From NCBI GenBank assembly GCA_017546635.1, contig JAFYSC010000049.1, positions 12,442 to 76,441 on the forward strand: 64,000 nt of DNA. Reading direction: 5' to 3'. The first letter of the stretch is position 1. Each line of letters opens with the position of its first letter. Made by a program: the position numbers and the translations under genes. This DNA comes from Bacteroidaceae bacterium (GTDB lineage: Bacteria > Bacteroidota > Bacteroidia > Bacteroidales > Bacteroidaceae). Under the pieces are notes generated by a model. That model saw nothing but the letters and a program-made list of their open reading frames with translations, did not search any database and was not told the origin of the DNA. Positions 54,294 to 64,000 of this stretch are shown here, piece by piece.

Positions 54294-55685
54294 TTACTTG
54301 TTGTGCTCAGCCTCAATCTCCTCGGGCGACATAGGCTTGTATTTGCCCAAGCGGCGTGCACCGCCATCGAATACAAGGTAATCCTCCTCGTTACGTATAC
54401 CGCCGAAGCTCTTCCACTGCTCGAGCTTGTCGTAGCAGATAAAGTCGGTGAACTGCTTCTCGGCACGCCATTTGTCAATGAGGTCGGGGATAAAGTATAT
54501 TCCCGGTTCTACAGTGAATACAAAGCCCGGTTCAAGGGCTTTTGCAAGGCGCAGCGACTTCCAGCCAAAGAGTGTGCTCTTGGTGCGTCCCTCCTCGTAT
54601 CCCACGTGGACCTCGCCGAAATTCTCCATATCGTGTACGTCGAGTCCCATCATATGGCCCAGTCCGTGGGGCATAAACATACAGGCTGCACCTGCAACGG
54701 CAGCCTCGGCGGGGTCGCCCTTCATAAGTCCAAGGTCCACCATTCCTTTGGCAATCTCGGTGAGCACAATGCGGTGAACCTCGCGGTATTCAATGCCGGG
54801 TTTGATGGCGCCGAGCGCTGCAAGGTGTCCGCGGCGCAGAATGTTGCACACCTCGCGCTGCTGTGTGGTGAAGCTCTTTCCTACGGGCATTGTGGTGGTG
54901 AGGTCGCCTGCATAGTGCATTGCGTTCTCGCAGCCCGAGTCGAGCAGGAACATCTGTCCCTCCTTGAGCGGGGTTGTTCCATAGGCGTGGTTGTGCAGTG
55001 TCTGTCCGTTTATTGTGGCAATGATGGGGAACGACAGCCCAAAATTGTGCTTTGCAGCCTCGGCCTGTACTATTGCAGCAATCTCGGCCTCGGTTGTTCC
55101 GGGACGTACGGCGCGCATAGCAGCACAGTGCATATCCACCGACACGTTTACGGCCTCTTCAATCTGTGCAATTTCCTCGTCGCTCTTGTAGTTACGCTGG
55201 CTCACTACGGCTTTGATGAACTTTACCGATGCTGCCGCATCCTGTGCCGAGGGGTGCAGGCCCAACAGCTCCTGCAGCCACACGCGGTGCTCTCCGCGGT
55301 AAGGAGGCAAGAAGTGTACCTCCTGTCCTTTTGCCTGTGCATTCTTTATGTATGTTGCAAGCTCCGCCATAGGGCGTGTAAGGGTGATGCCCACGCGCTC
55401 GCTCTTCTCCTTGATGGTGGGCTGTACGCCTGTCCACACAATGTCGTCGATGGTGAGCTCGTTTCCAAAGATAATCTCCTTGTCCTCGTCGATGTCTATT
55501 ATCGCAGCGAGACCCTCATAGTCCGATGCGAAATAGTAGAGGAATGTGGAGTCCTGGCGGAAATGATAGGTGTTGTCGGCATAGTTCATACCTGTGAGGT
55601 TGTTGCCCAGGAACAGCAGCAGGCCGCTGCCCATCTTCTCCTTAAGCGCCTTGCGGCGTGCAATATAAGTCTCTTTTGCAAACAT
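54294..55685 (-). CDS. pepP: Xaa-Pro aminopeptidase (M24B)
   Basis: AMP_N-type N-terminal domain. The M24 metal-binding blocks are LLDSGCE...YAGDLTTT, HGLGHMMGLDVHD and FTVEPGIY. ATG at 55685 avoids overlap with the GT2 gene. Confidence 0.85.
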   Translation of the reverse strand: MFAKETYIARRKALKEKMGSGLLLFLGNNLTGMNYADNTYHFRQDSTFLYYFASDYEGLAAIIDIDEDKEIIFGNELTIDDIVWTGVQPTIKEKSERVGITLTRPMAELATYIKNAQAKGQEVHFLPPYRGEHRVWLQELLGLHPSAQDAAASVKFIKAVVSQRNYKSDEEIAQIEEAVNVSVDMHCAAMRAVRPGTTEAEIAAIVQAEAAKHNFGLSFPIIATINGQTLHNHAYGTTPLKEGQMFLLDSGCENAMHYAGDLTTTMPVGKSFTTQQREVCNILRRGHLAALGAIKPGIEYREVHRIVLTEIAKGMVDLGLMKGDPAEAAVAGAACMFMPHGLGHMMGLDVHDMENFGEVHVGYEEGRTKSTLFGWKSLRLAKALEPGFVFTVEPGIYFIPDLIDKWRAEKQFTDFICYDKLEQWKSFGGIRNEEDYLVFDGGARRLGKYKPMSPEEIEAEHNK

Positions 55686-55714
55686 TGTTTCGTTTATTTT
55701 AGGGTTAGTATTGT

Positions 55715-56458
55715 TTACTTTTTTATTACCGCTCTGAGCACGAACCACAGGTGGTGCACAACGGTCGACAGCACTCCATAGTGGCTGCACATTACCTTGA
55801 AGCGCTCTATCAGCGATGCCCTGTGGTTCTGCAAAGATAATCCATTTTGCAGATAATCAACCACCGTAAGCTCCACATTTACCATCTTTTTGGCTCTTTT
55901 CATCACATTTATACACCAGTCAACATCGGCCGAGAGGCGGTACCCGAGGTTGTACTCGGGGGCAATGCTGCGGCGTGCATAGAATGCCTGGTGACACACT
56001 AGCATTCCTTGCTTGAAACTTTTCCACGTCAGTCGGGCGGGGGCTTGCAGGCGGCGCATACGCACGAACTGCCTCTTGTCGTTCACCTCGGCAGTCTCGC
56101 CGTAAAGGACATCGGGCAGTTGTTCCTCGTGTGCAATTGCCGCAACGATTTTCTCCAGCGTGTCGGGCGAGTGGAAGGCGTCGCCTGCATTCAAAAAGCA
56201 CAGATAGTCGCCGGTGGCGAGCCTCATTCCCTTGTTCATCGCATCGTAGAGTCCTTTGTCGGGCTCCGATACAATGTGTGCAAAATTTATCCCGCTTGCC
56301 TTTGCAACGGCAACGGTGCTGTCTTTCGAGGCTCCGTCCACAAGGATATATTCGTAGTTCCTGTAGCTCTGTGCAAGCACGCTCTGCAGCGTTGGCCCAA
56401 TGACCGGCGCTGCGTTGAACGTGATTGTTATTATTGAGAATTTAGGTTGCAGGTTCAT
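55715..56458 (-). CDS. family 2 glycosyltransferase (WcaE-like short GT2)
   Basis: FSIITITFNAA...ILVDGASKDST...EPDKGLYDAMNKG...FLNAGD (DxD-type) blocks. Confidence 0.8.
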   Translation of the reverse strand: MNLQPKFSIITITFNAAPVIGPTLQSVLAQSYRNYEYILVDGASKDSTVAVAKASGINFAHIVSEPDKGLYDAMNKGMRLATGDYLCFLNAGDAFHSPDTLEKIVAAIAHEEQLPDVLYGETAEVNDKRQFVRMRRLQAPARLTWKSFKQGMLVCHQAFYARRSIAPEYNLGYRLSADVDWCINVMKRAKKMVNVELTVVDYLQNGLSLQNHRASLIERFKVMCSHYGVLSTVVHHLWFVLRAVIKK

Positions 56459-56461
56459 CGT

Positions 56462-58915
56462 TTACTCGCCCTTTCTTGTGCTACGGTAGATGATTGCTCC
56501 CACAAGCGCAGCTATTACCACACCCACCAGTATCGAGCCCCAGAGCGACCATTTTGCGGTGGTTATCATAAGCTCGTCGACGCAGCGGAACTCAATTGTG
56601 TGCTTGCCCGCGGGCAGGGGCAGCGCGCGCAGTATATAGTTGGCACGGATGGGCTTTACCTCTTTCCCGTCGATGAAGGCTTTCCACGTCTTATAGAACA
56701 CCTCGGAGAATACCGCCATCTGCGCGTTGGGCGAGTAGCTCTCGTAGAGTATGTTGCCGGGATTGCGGTATTCGGTCATACGTATGTACGCCGTGCTGTC
56801 GACGTAGTTGTCGTAGGCGCTTGCATCGCCCACTGCGCTCTGCCACTCCTTGTCGATAAAGGCCACCTCGTAGGGGATGAAGTCGGCAAGGGCATCTATC
56901 TCGTCATTGGGTGAATTAACCCACACAACCCTGTCTACCAGCCAGCAGTTGCCCATAGCCTCGGGGTTGCGCTGCACGATGTTGCGCTCCTCGCCTGGAA
57001 CAATCACATAGCGTACATTGAGCATATTGATTATGTTCATATTCAGTGAACGGCCGAAATAGCGGTCAATAATATCCTGGTAGCGGCGCATCTTGGCAGG
57101 GCTGTATCCGCCTACCGATTTATGGAAGTACGATGTGAACGACTCGTTGAATGTGCTCTTTGTGAGGTTAAGCACGCGGTAGTTGGGGTGCTTGTCCTGC
57201 AGAATCTGCAGGTCCTCGGCCGTAGGACGTATCTCGGTACTCTTTCTCTTGGGCATAAAGTCGTCGTGCGAAAGGAAGCGCTTGTCGACGGTCCACAGGT
57301 CGGCAAGGAAGAGTACGGCAAGAATCATTGCCGTATGGCTCGCCTTGAGGTTGTAGCGCAGATAGGCAAAAAGAAGCGCAAAGGCTGTTGCGATAAAGGC
57401 AAACGAGCGCCACGCATCAGAGGTGAGCATATTGGCCCTGTCCTCCTGCAATGCGCTTGTGAGAATCTCGGGAAGCTGTGCGTCGCTGCCTCCCTCAAAG
57501 CTGAACATTCCGCCGCCAAAGAGTGCAAGCACAAGGCAAATTCCGCCAGTCACTCCTCCTGCTATATACAGGCTCTTTGTGAGGCTGTCGATTGCAGCCT
57601 TGTCACCCTCTTTCTTGCATTCGATAATGCGCTTCACTGCCATAATGCCAAGTGCGACCATCGTTACCGATGCAATGACAAGTGCCATTGAGGGTGCGCG
57701 GAACTTACTGTATAGCGGTAAATTATAGAACAGGAATTCATTCACGGCAAGGAAATTCTTTCCCCACGACAGTACGAGCGAGAGCACTGTGGCTGCAAGC
57801 AACCACCATTTGTCCTTTCCTTTTACCACAAACAGTCCCAGCACGAACAGGAAGCATACTATTGCGCCTGCATATACGGGCCCCTCGGTGAAAGGCTGGT
57901 CGCCCCAATAGGTGGGTGCCGACGATGCAATCTGGCGCGCCTGTCCCGCTCCAATCTGCGGTGCAAGGGTACGGTAGAGCTCCGAGTCGGTTCCAAGGTC
58001 GTAGTGCGAGCCTGCGCCGTAGAGGTTGGGAACAAGCAATGTGAAACTCTCGCCCACGCCGTAGCTCCACTGGTAGGCATAGTCAATGTCGAGTCCCGAG
58101 CCGCTCTTGCCGTCGGCATTCTTGAGCACGGCACCTCCGCGCATAGTCTCCTTTGCATAGTCGGCCGAGGGGACAAGTTGTCCAACAGCAGGCAGAACCG
58201 CAAGCACCGCAACAACGATGAGTACTCCTGTTGCCTTGAGGTATTGGGCAAGCCACTTCTCGCGTATAGCATATATAAGGTAAACTATAGCAAGGATTAT
58301 AAGTACCAGCAAAAGATAGTAGCTTATCTGCTGGTGACTCCAATAGATGTTGAGTCCCGCAAAAATAAGCGTTACGAGCGCTCCCCACAGCAGTTTGCCA
58401 CGGTAACACAGCATTACACCTCCTATCACAGGCGCCATTGTCGCCATCACGAGGCTCTTGCTCATATGTCCTGCGCCTATGATGATAAAGTTATACGAGC
58501 ACAGCGTGTAGGCAATTGAGCCTGCAAGGCTGAGCCACGAGCGGCAGCCAATAGACAAGAGGAAGATGTAAAAACATACGAATGTAAGGAATATTGCTCC
58601 AATGTGACGGCGCGACACTCCGAACATACCAAGTGTTAGCACCTTGTCGGCAGCAGCGAATATATTCACAGGTTGTGGCGAGAAGGTGTAGTTCGAGGGC
58701 ATACCCGAGAACATTGCATTCGACCAATAGGCATAGTCGCCAGTCTGCTCGTGATAGTCACGTGCATCCTTACCCCAACCCTGCGAGCTTATCGCATCGC
58801 CCTGCATCAGGTCTTTACCCTGGAATACGGGCGAGAAGTATACCGCTGTGAGTATAAAAAAGATAAGCACTGCGGCTACGTGCGGGAGCCACTGTTTAGT
58901 CTCTATTTTCTTCAT
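56462..58915 (-). CDS. YfhO family membrane protein (GT-C-fold glycosyltransferase)
   Basis: 817 aa. The N-terminal loop is QGDAISSQGWGKDARDYHEQTGDYAYWSNAMFSGMP. More than 12 TM segments, a large C-terminal periplasmic domain and a final TM segment, which is the typical YfhO layout. Confidence 0.75.
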   Translation of the reverse strand: MKKIETKQWLPHVAAVLIFFILTAVYFSPVFQGKDLMQGDAISSQGWGKDARDYHEQTGDYAYWSNAMFSGMPSNYTFSPQPVNIFAAADKVLTLGMFGVSRRHIGAIFLTFVCFYIFLLSIGCRSWLSLAGSIAYTLCSYNFIIIGAGHMSKSLVMATMAPVIGGVMLCYRGKLLWGALVTLIFAGLNIYWSHQQISYYLLLVLIILAIVYLIYAIREKWLAQYLKATGVLIVVAVLAVLPAVGQLVPSADYAKETMRGGAVLKNADGKSGSGLDIDYAYQWSYGVGESFTLLVPNLYGAGSHYDLGTDSELYRTLAPQIGAGQARQIASSAPTYWGDQPFTEGPVYAGAIVCFLFVLGLFVVKGKDKWWLLAATVLSLVLSWGKNFLAVNEFLFYNLPLYSKFRAPSMALVIASVTMVALGIMAVKRIIECKKEGDKAAIDSLTKSLYIAGGVTGGICLVLALFGGGMFSFEGGSDAQLPEILTSALQEDRANMLTSDAWRSFAFIATAFALLFAYLRYNLKASHTAMILAVLFLADLWTVDKRFLSHDDFMPKRKSTEIRPTAEDLQILQDKHPNYRVLNLTKSTFNESFTSYFHKSVGGYSPAKMRRYQDIIDRYFGRSLNMNIINMLNVRYVIVPGEERNIVQRNPEAMGNCWLVDRVVWVNSPNDEIDALADFIPYEVAFIDKEWQSAVGDASAYDNYVDSTAYIRMTEYRNPGNILYESYSPNAQMAVFSEVFYKTWKAFIDGKEVKPIRANYILRALPLPAGKHTIEFRCVDELMITTAKWSLWGSILVGVVIAALVGAIIYRSTRKGE

Positions 58916-60138
58916 TTTCTATCTGATTTTTTGATTATTTCCTCTATGTATCCCAACAGGTTGTTCCTGTAGTTCTCCAATGTGTATTTCTCCTTTACGA
59001 GCCTGTGGGCGGCCCACGCCTTTGCCGACAGTTCCTCTACGGGCATTGCGGCAGCCTGCAGCAGAGCTGCTTCAAAAGCGTCGTATGCAACATCTTCAAC
59101 CTCAATTCCAACTCTCTCAAGGTCGAGTCCTGTACCACGGCTGTATATAGGCACAAGCGCTCCGTTACCCAGGATATTGAGCACCGACACTGCACCCCCC
59201 TCGCTTATCGAAGGGTTGAGCAACAGTGCACAACTGTTGAGCAGGTGTGCGAATTTCTCCGACTCAATATCTACAAAGCCGTGCACAATTATATTGGCCG
59301 CCTCCTTTATTTTGGGCGAGTAGTAACGCCAGAAGCCCTTCTCGTTGCTGCTGCTTCCGCAGATGTGCAGTGTATACTCCCTGTGGGTAAGGGCAAAGTC
59401 TATCGCAATGTCGAGTCCCTTGTGTATGAGCCCCATACTGCCGAACCACAGAATGTTGTTACGGAACTTTTCAAAATCCTTCTTTTCATCGGGCTTTATA
59501 GTGGGGAAATAGAATGCCGACAGTTGATGGTAACGCTCGGGGCGTGGGTCGTCGGCTGTGAACTGCTCAACAACAAAACTGTCGCCCAAACATACCACAG
59601 CGTCACTCAAACGCGCCTCGTAGTGGTTCATTCCTCCTCCCGGGACGTAACGGTTCGAGTCCAGCAACCACAGCCCGTGCCTTGCGTGGAACGAGGCGTT
59701 GCGGTTTGCAGTCACATCGAAATTATATCCCATCTGCGCTCCCACCGAGTAGAATATCCTCAGCGGTTCTTTGCCCTGTGTCGCCTGGAATGAGCCAAAG
59801 AAGGCATTGCCGTTTATTCCAAAGACAATGTCGTAGGGGGTGTAGTCTATCGCAGTGTTTGCCCTCGATGTGCAGTCGACGCGGTAGCCCAACTTATGGA
59901 AACACTCTGCTGCCGTGCGGCACTCGGTAAGGTTCGAGTGGTGTTTGGGAAGCTCCTTTGCCGCAAAGGCTTCGGGCAGGTGGCACAGGAGCACGCGCTT
60001 CTTATAATCCGACTTAAAGACATTCCTTATAAGTTTTTCATCGGACAGGAAGCGTTGCACCCAGCATACGAGTCTTGCAGCCAAGCGCCTTTTGGCAATG
60101 GGCAGTATGCGCTTTATTTCGCCGAGACTTATTTTCAT
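58912..60138 (-). CDS. glycosyltransferase (GT4/GT-B-like)
   Basis: The C-terminal block LLNPSISEGGAVSVLNILGNGALVPI resembles the GT4 E-x7-E region. 4-nt overlap with the yfhO-like start. Confidence 0.65.
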   Translation of the reverse strand: MKISLGEIKRILPIAKRRLAARLVCWVQRFLSDEKLIRNVFKSDYKKRVLLCHLPEAFAAKELPKHHSNLTECRTAAECFHKLGYRVDCTSRANTAIDYTPYDIVFGINGNAFFGSFQATQGKEPLRIFYSVGAQMGYNFDVTANRNASFHARHGLWLLDSNRYVPGGGMNHYEARLSDAVVCLGDSFVVEQFTADDPRPERYHQLSAFYFPTIKPDEKKDFEKFRNNILWFGSMGLIHKGLDIAIDFALTHREYTLHICGSSSNEKGFWRYYSPKIKEAANIIVHGFVDIESEKFAHLLNSCALLLNPSISEGGAVSVLNILGNGALVPIYSRGTGLDLERVGIEVEDVAYDAFEAALLQAAAMPVEELSAKAWAAHRLVKEKYTLENYRNNLLGYIEEIIKKSDRK

Positions 60139-60144
60139 TGTTTC

Positions 60145-61233
60145 TTATACTTTACGGTAAATATCACAGGTTTTCTGCACCATTTTCTCGAGTGAGAACT
60201 CTCTTACACGTTCCTTGCCTTTCTGCGCCAGCTCACGACGCAAGGTCTCGCTTGTGATTGTCTCGCGCAACGTATCGAGCATCGACTGTGCATCGCCCGG
60301 GTTAAAGTAGATGGCAGCGTCGCCTGCAACCTCGGGGAAACAGCTTGCATTGCTCAGACATACGGGGCAACCATTCGAGAAGGCCTCGAGAATAGGAATT
60401 CCGAATCCCTCGTAGTGCGACGGGAAGACAAAGCAGAGTGCGTGACGGTAGAGCGACGCCATCTGCTCGTCATTTGCCGAGATGTGATGCAGCCTGTCGG
60501 CAATGTTCCATCTTTCGAGGAATGCTTTCTCGGCAGGAGAAAAGGCATTGCCCGTGCATACAATCTTGAGTGTGGGGTCGGCTACAAGCAGCGGACGCAC
60601 CGCCGAGAGCCAGGGGAAGAAGTTCTTGTACCCCTTGCGCTCGCCCACATACAGTATGTAGCGGTCGAAGAGTTGCTCCGACGGCTGTGCAATGGGACGG
60701 TAGCCGTGGTGCACCACGCTTATCTTTGCGGGGTCGGTACCCAAGAGCTCCACTATGTCGCGCTTGGTATTCTCGCTGACAGCTATAATGTGGTCGGCCT
60801 CCTCGATAAGGCGTTTCTTGTGCGGGATTGTGCGGTCGTATATGAGCACGTCCTGTGGGTAGCGCTCAAAGGTCATATCGTGTATAGTGAGCACAAGTGC
60901 CTTTTGTCGTCTCTTTATTGTATCTACAAAATAGGGACTGTAGTATGTGGGATGAAAAATATCGTAGTCGTCGTATTTTATTGCCTTCCACGAATAGTGA
61001 AGGTTGGCAAGCTGGTAGAGCCTGCGTCGCCAACGGTAGTTGCGTGGATAGGAGAATGTCCTGTATTTCTTGCCGTATGTCACTGTCACATAGTGGTTCT
61101 CGCAGAATTCCATAGGTAACGAGGCGCCGAATTCATCTTGTGGCAAGTTGAATATGAGATCGGCAAAATAACGTGTTACTCCGCCGAAGCGCTGGAACGT
61201 GAACATCTGGTTGTCGTATAGTATCTTTTTCAT
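60145..61233 (-). CDS. family 4 (group 1) glycosyltransferase
   Basis: LYVGERKGYKN...FVFPSHYEGFGIPILEAFSNGCPVCLSNASCFPEVAGDAAIYF is a classic GT4 motif. The start may be 61245 instead. Confidence 0.85.
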   Translation of the reverse strand: MKKILYDNQMFTFQRFGGVTRYFADLIFNLPQDEFGASLPMEFCENHYVTVTYGKKYRTFSYPRNYRWRRRLYQLANLHYSWKAIKYDDYDIFHPTYYSPYFVDTIKRRQKALVLTIHDMTFERYPQDVLIYDRTIPHKKRLIEEADHIIAVSENTKRDIVELLGTDPAKISVVHHGYRPIAQPSEQLFDRYILYVGERKGYKNFFPWLSAVRPLLVADPTLKIVCTGNAFSPAEKAFLERWNIADRLHHISANDEQMASLYRHALCFVFPSHYEGFGIPILEAFSNGCPVCLSNASCFPEVAGDAAIYFNPGDAQSMLDTLRETITSETLRRELAQKGKERVREFSLEKMVQKTCDIYRKV

Positions 61234-61235
61234 CA

Positions 61236-62693
61236 CTATTTGCATTTACGTTTCAAAAGATAGTGTGCAGCCTCGGCCAGCTCCTTATTGCGCACTGCAA
61301 GCAGAGCGCCTGTATACAGGAGTGCCGCGGTTGCTATGCGCACTGCAAGCAGTGTGTATATGTCTGCTATCTGCATTGTTGCCCAGCAGGTGACAAGCAT
61401 CACCGCTGTCGCGAGCAGGGCAAAGGGAAGTGTATCGCGCAGGAACATTCCCATTGTGAGCGAAATTTCCTTGCCGGCAAAGTATCGCCACACGAAGAGC
61501 CACAGGGCGTTGAAAATGACGTATGCCGTCATCATTCCGTTTATTCCGAGCGGCGCCATAAAGACAAGCAACAGCAGTACAATGATGCCTTGCGCCATTG
61601 TTCCCCACATAAAGATTGCCGATTTTCCGCGGCTCACAAGCAGGTTGGTAAACATCGACTGTATGGGCATAAATGCTCCCCAGAGTGCCAGTATGCGCAA
61701 CATATATGCGCTCTCAATCCACTTGTCGGTTATTGCAATTACTATAACCTCGGGGGCCACGAGCGATAGTCCCAGCAGCAGCGGGAACGACACGAATGCA
61801 GTAAAGCGCAGCATCCGTCGGAAAATGTGCAGTTGCATCTTCTTGTCGTCGGCAACCTTTGCAAGCACGGGTTGCGCAAGTCCGTTCACCATTCCGTTTA
61901 CAGTATCGGCACCCATTGTCATCCACTCGGCAGCCTTTGTATAGTTACCGACATCGGCATTGCTGTAGAGCTTGTTGCCTCCCAGGATAAACGAGAATAT
62001 ATTCCAATTTACGCGAAGGAATATATTGGTTATGAGCAGGCGGTAACTGAAGGCAAACAGATAGCGCAAGGGAGAAAAATCCACTTTTATGCTCGGCCGC
62101 CACGGCGTATACCACCAGCAGACGATGCTGCGCACAAGTACATAAAGAATACTCTGTGTGGCTATTCCCCAGTAAGAATACCCGTTTACTGCCATTGCAA
62201 TTCCCACACTTCCCGATACTATTATGGAGAGTATTATGGATATCGATTTTTCGCGCACCTTGAGCTCGCGGAACAGGTAGGCCGAGGGAGCAATGCCGAA
62301 GCCTGCCACCACAAAGCCTATGAAAATGTAGCGCGAGAGCCACAACAGCGACGGTTCGTCAAAAAAGTCGACAATGAGCGGTGCTGCGGCAAAGAGTACC
62401 ACATACATAGCGAGCGATATTAGCACGTTGAACCAAAAGACAGCGTTGTAGTCGTCGTGTGTTACTTTCTTGCGGTTGGCTATCGCTGCCACAAAACCGC
62501 TGTCCTGTAACGTGCCCGCTATTGCCGAAAAGATAGCAAGCATCCCGATGGGCCCGAAATCCTCGGGCCCCAGGATGCGTGCAAGGAATATACCGAAAAA
62601 CAGGTTTAGCAGCTGGCAAAAGGCATTGCTCATTCCGCCCCAAAGGAATCCTTTGGCGACTGCACTCTTGAGATTATTGCCGTTGCTGCCCAT
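61236..62693 (-). CDS. Wzx-like oligosaccharide flippase (MOP/polysaccharide biosynthesis protein family)
   Basis: 485 aa with about 12-14 TM segments. N-terminus KGFLWGGMSNAFCQLLNLFFGIFLARILGPEDFG is typical of the PST/Wzx family. Confidence 0.8.
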   Translation of the reverse strand: MGSNGNNLKSAVAKGFLWGGMSNAFCQLLNLFFGIFLARILGPEDFGPIGMLAIFSAIAGTLQDSGFVAAIANRKKVTHDDYNAVFWFNVLISLAMYVVLFAAAPLIVDFFDEPSLLWLSRYIFIGFVVAGFGIAPSAYLFRELKVREKSISIILSIIVSGSVGIAMAVNGYSYWGIATQSILYVLVRSIVCWWYTPWRPSIKVDFSPLRYLFAFSYRLLITNIFLRVNWNIFSFILGGNKLYSNADVGNYTKAAEWMTMGADTVNGMVNGLAQPVLAKVADDKKMQLHIFRRMLRFTAFVSFPLLLGLSLVAPEVIVIAITDKWIESAYMLRILALWGAFMPIQSMFTNLLVSRGKSAIFMWGTMAQGIIVLLLLVFMAPLGINGMMTAYVIFNALWLFVWRYFAGKEISLTMGMFLRDTLPFALLATAVMLVTCWATMQIADIYTLLAVRIATAALLYTGALLAVRNKELAEAAHYLLKRKCK

Positions 62694-62699
62694 CGGTTG

Positions 62700-64000
62700 T
62701 TACTTTATTTCGCTACCGGGTTTTGCTGTAGGCTCAACAGTAAGCAAAGAGAGCTTGCCCTCGTTGTCCTCGGCACTCAGAATCATACCCTCGCTTACAA
62801 TGCCGCGCATTGTACGAGGGGGGAAGTTGGCGATAAAGCACACCTGCTTGCCCACAAGCTCCTCGGGCTTGAAGTGCTTTGCTATTCCCGAGAGAATGGT
62901 GCGTGTGCCTATGCCGTCGTCTATCTTGAACTGCAACAGCTTGTCGGCTTTGGGTACTTTGGTGCACTCGAGCACTGTGCCCACGCGAATGTCGAGCTTG
63001 AGGAAGTCGTCGAATGTACACTCGGGGCGTATGGGGTTTGCCTTGTAGTTTGCAGCCTCATTCTCTTTCTTTATGCGGTCGAGGCGGTCGAGCTGCGCCT
63101 GGATGGCGTCGTCCTCTATCTTCTCGAACAGGAGGCCAGTCTCGCCAAGTTCGTGACCCTCGGCAAGAAGGTCGGTGTGGCCCAGGTTCTCCCAACTGAA
63201 CTGGGGATAGTTGAGCATCTGGCGCAGTTTCTTGCTGCTGAAGGGGAGGAAGGGCTCAAAGGCTATAGCAAGATTGGCAACCAACTGGAGCGAGAGGTTG
63301 AGGATTGTTGCAACACGCTCAAGGTCGGTCTTGGCGAGTTTCCAGGGCTCGGTCTCGGCAAGATAACGGTTACCGATGCGTGCAAGGTTCATAGCCTCCT
63401 TCTGCGCCTCGCGGAATTTGAATTGGTCGAGGAGTTTCTCAACCTCGCTCTTCACGTTCACAAATTCCTCTATGATTGCGTTGTCGTAGTCGGTGAGTGT
63501 GCCCACTGCGGGTACTTTGCCGTCGAAATACTTCTTGGTGAGTACAAGTGCACGGTTCACAAAGTTTCCGTACACCGCAACAAGCTCGTTGTTATTGCGT
63601 GCCTGGAAGTCTTTCCAGGTAAAGTTATTGTCCTTTGTCTCGGGGGCATTTGCTGTGAGCACGTAACGCAGCACGTCCTGCTTGCCGGGGAAGTCCACAA
63701 GATATTCGTTGAGCCATACCGCCCAATTGCGCGAGGTTGATATCTTGTCATCCTCGAGATTGAGGAACTCGTTGCTGGGTACGTTGTCGGGAAGGACGTA
63801 GTCGCCGTGCGCCTTGAGCATTGTAGGGAACACAATGCAGTGGAACACAATGTTGTCCTTACCGATGAAATGCACAAGGCGTGTATCCTCGCTCTTCCAC
63901 CACTGCTCCCAGGTGTCGGGCAACAGCTCTTTTGTGTTGCTTATGTAACCGATGGGTGCGTCGAACCACACATAGAGCACCTTACCCTCGGCCCCCTCAA
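62700..64000 (-). CDS. metG: methionyl-tRNA synthetase, C-terminal ~430 aa (5' end lies outside the window)
   Basis: The frame stays open to the window edge (..[20 protein letters not shown]). It has an anticodon-binding domain and a C-terminal EMAP/Trbp111-like tRNA-binding domain ([26 protein letters not shown]). Confidence 0.95.
   Translation of the reverse strand, partial: EGAEGKVLYVWFDAPIGYISNTKELLPDTWEQWWKSEDTRLVHFIGKDNIVFHCIVFPTMLKAHGDYVLPDNVPSNEFLNLEDDKISTSRNWAVWLNEYLVDFPGKQDVLRYVLTANAPETKDNNFTWKDFQARNNNELVAVYGNFVNRALVLTKKYFDGKVPAVGTLTDYDNAIIEEFVNVKSEVEKLLDQFKFREAQKEAMNLARIGNRYLAETEPWKLAKTDLERVATILNLSLQLVANLAIAFEPFLPFSSKKLRQMLNYPQFSWENLGHTDLLAEGHELGETGLLFEKIEDDAIQAQLDRLDRIKKENEAANYKANPIRPECTFDDFLKLDIRVGTVLECTKVPKADKLLQFKIDDGIGTRTILSGIAKHFKPEELVGKQVCFIANFPPRTMRGIVSEGMILSAEDNEGKLSLLTVEPTAKPGSEIK

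Noticed and set aside
54303-55781. 492-aa ORF on the plus strand
   Set aside because: It is entirely antisense to the Xaa-Pro aminopeptidase gene, whose translation shows clear M24B metal-binding motifs. The plus-strand product is low-complexity (rich in C, H, L, V), which is typical of a shadow ORF.
59005-61119. 262-aa (59005-59793) and 234-aa (60415-61119) plus-strand ORFs
   Set aside because: They are antisense to the two GT4-like genes, which carry the E-x7-E type motifs and fit the tightly packed minus-strand operon.
62697-63740. 347-aa ORF on the plus strand
   Set aside because: It is antisense to the unmistakable metG C-terminal region and has no recognisable motifs, so I treat it as a shadow ORF.
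1-64000. CRISPR arrays, IS elements, integrases/recombinases, prophage genes, and known defence systems (RM, CBASS, retron, Gabija and similar)
   Set aside because: No regularly spaced short repeats and no transposase, integrase, nuclease or ATPase motifs were seen outside the housekeeping genes. The only sizeable repeat is the 211-bp HTH duplication.

Overview
This 64-kb window looks like a chromosomal segment of a Bacteroidota genome, probably Bacteroidales. The evidence is gldH, DUF4835, DUF2723 and DUF3127 type genes, several exact matches to the Bacteroides TTTG(-33)/TAnnTTTG(-7) promoter consensus, and no Shine-Dalgarno sequences. About 85% of the window is densely packed core housekeeping sequence. 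On the left are speA-argB, pdxB, acpP-fabF-rnc, nadB and dacB. In the middle are queG, a NodB-type deacetylase, a giant DUF2723 GT-C protein, tRNA-Cys, tilS, rlmB-recN-coaBC-exonuclease-dnaN, rho, metF, holB-PSP1-gldH, the mreBCD-mrdA-rodA cell-shape operon and purH. On the right is a minus-strand envelope-glycan locus (ArnT-like GT-C, pepP, GT2, YfhO, two GT4-like genes, a Wzx-like flippase) ending in a truncated metG. The one clearly accessory region is an AT-rich ~9.5-kb island (about 11161-20656) between dacB and queG. It carries nine co-directional genes, all encoding proteins with signal peptides or lipoprotein signals. They form three paralogue sets, including three small outer-membrane beta-barrels. 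There are no recognisable enzymes, ATPases or mobility genes. The island also holds two ~94% identical copies of a small HTH gene that differ almost only at synonymous sites, a 115-nt rod-like RNA hairpin behind a consensus promoter, and an unexplained 484-bp spacer. This island is my best candidate for an undescribed cell-envelope or surface system. Its function cannot be read from the sequence alone. Other points of note are an in-frame CoaBC-DUF4835 fusion ORF, a ~245-aa low-complexity insertion with tandem basic repeats in Rho, and three different GT-C-fold membrane glycosyltransferases in one window. I saw no CRISPR array, IS element, integrase, prophage or known defence-system gene.
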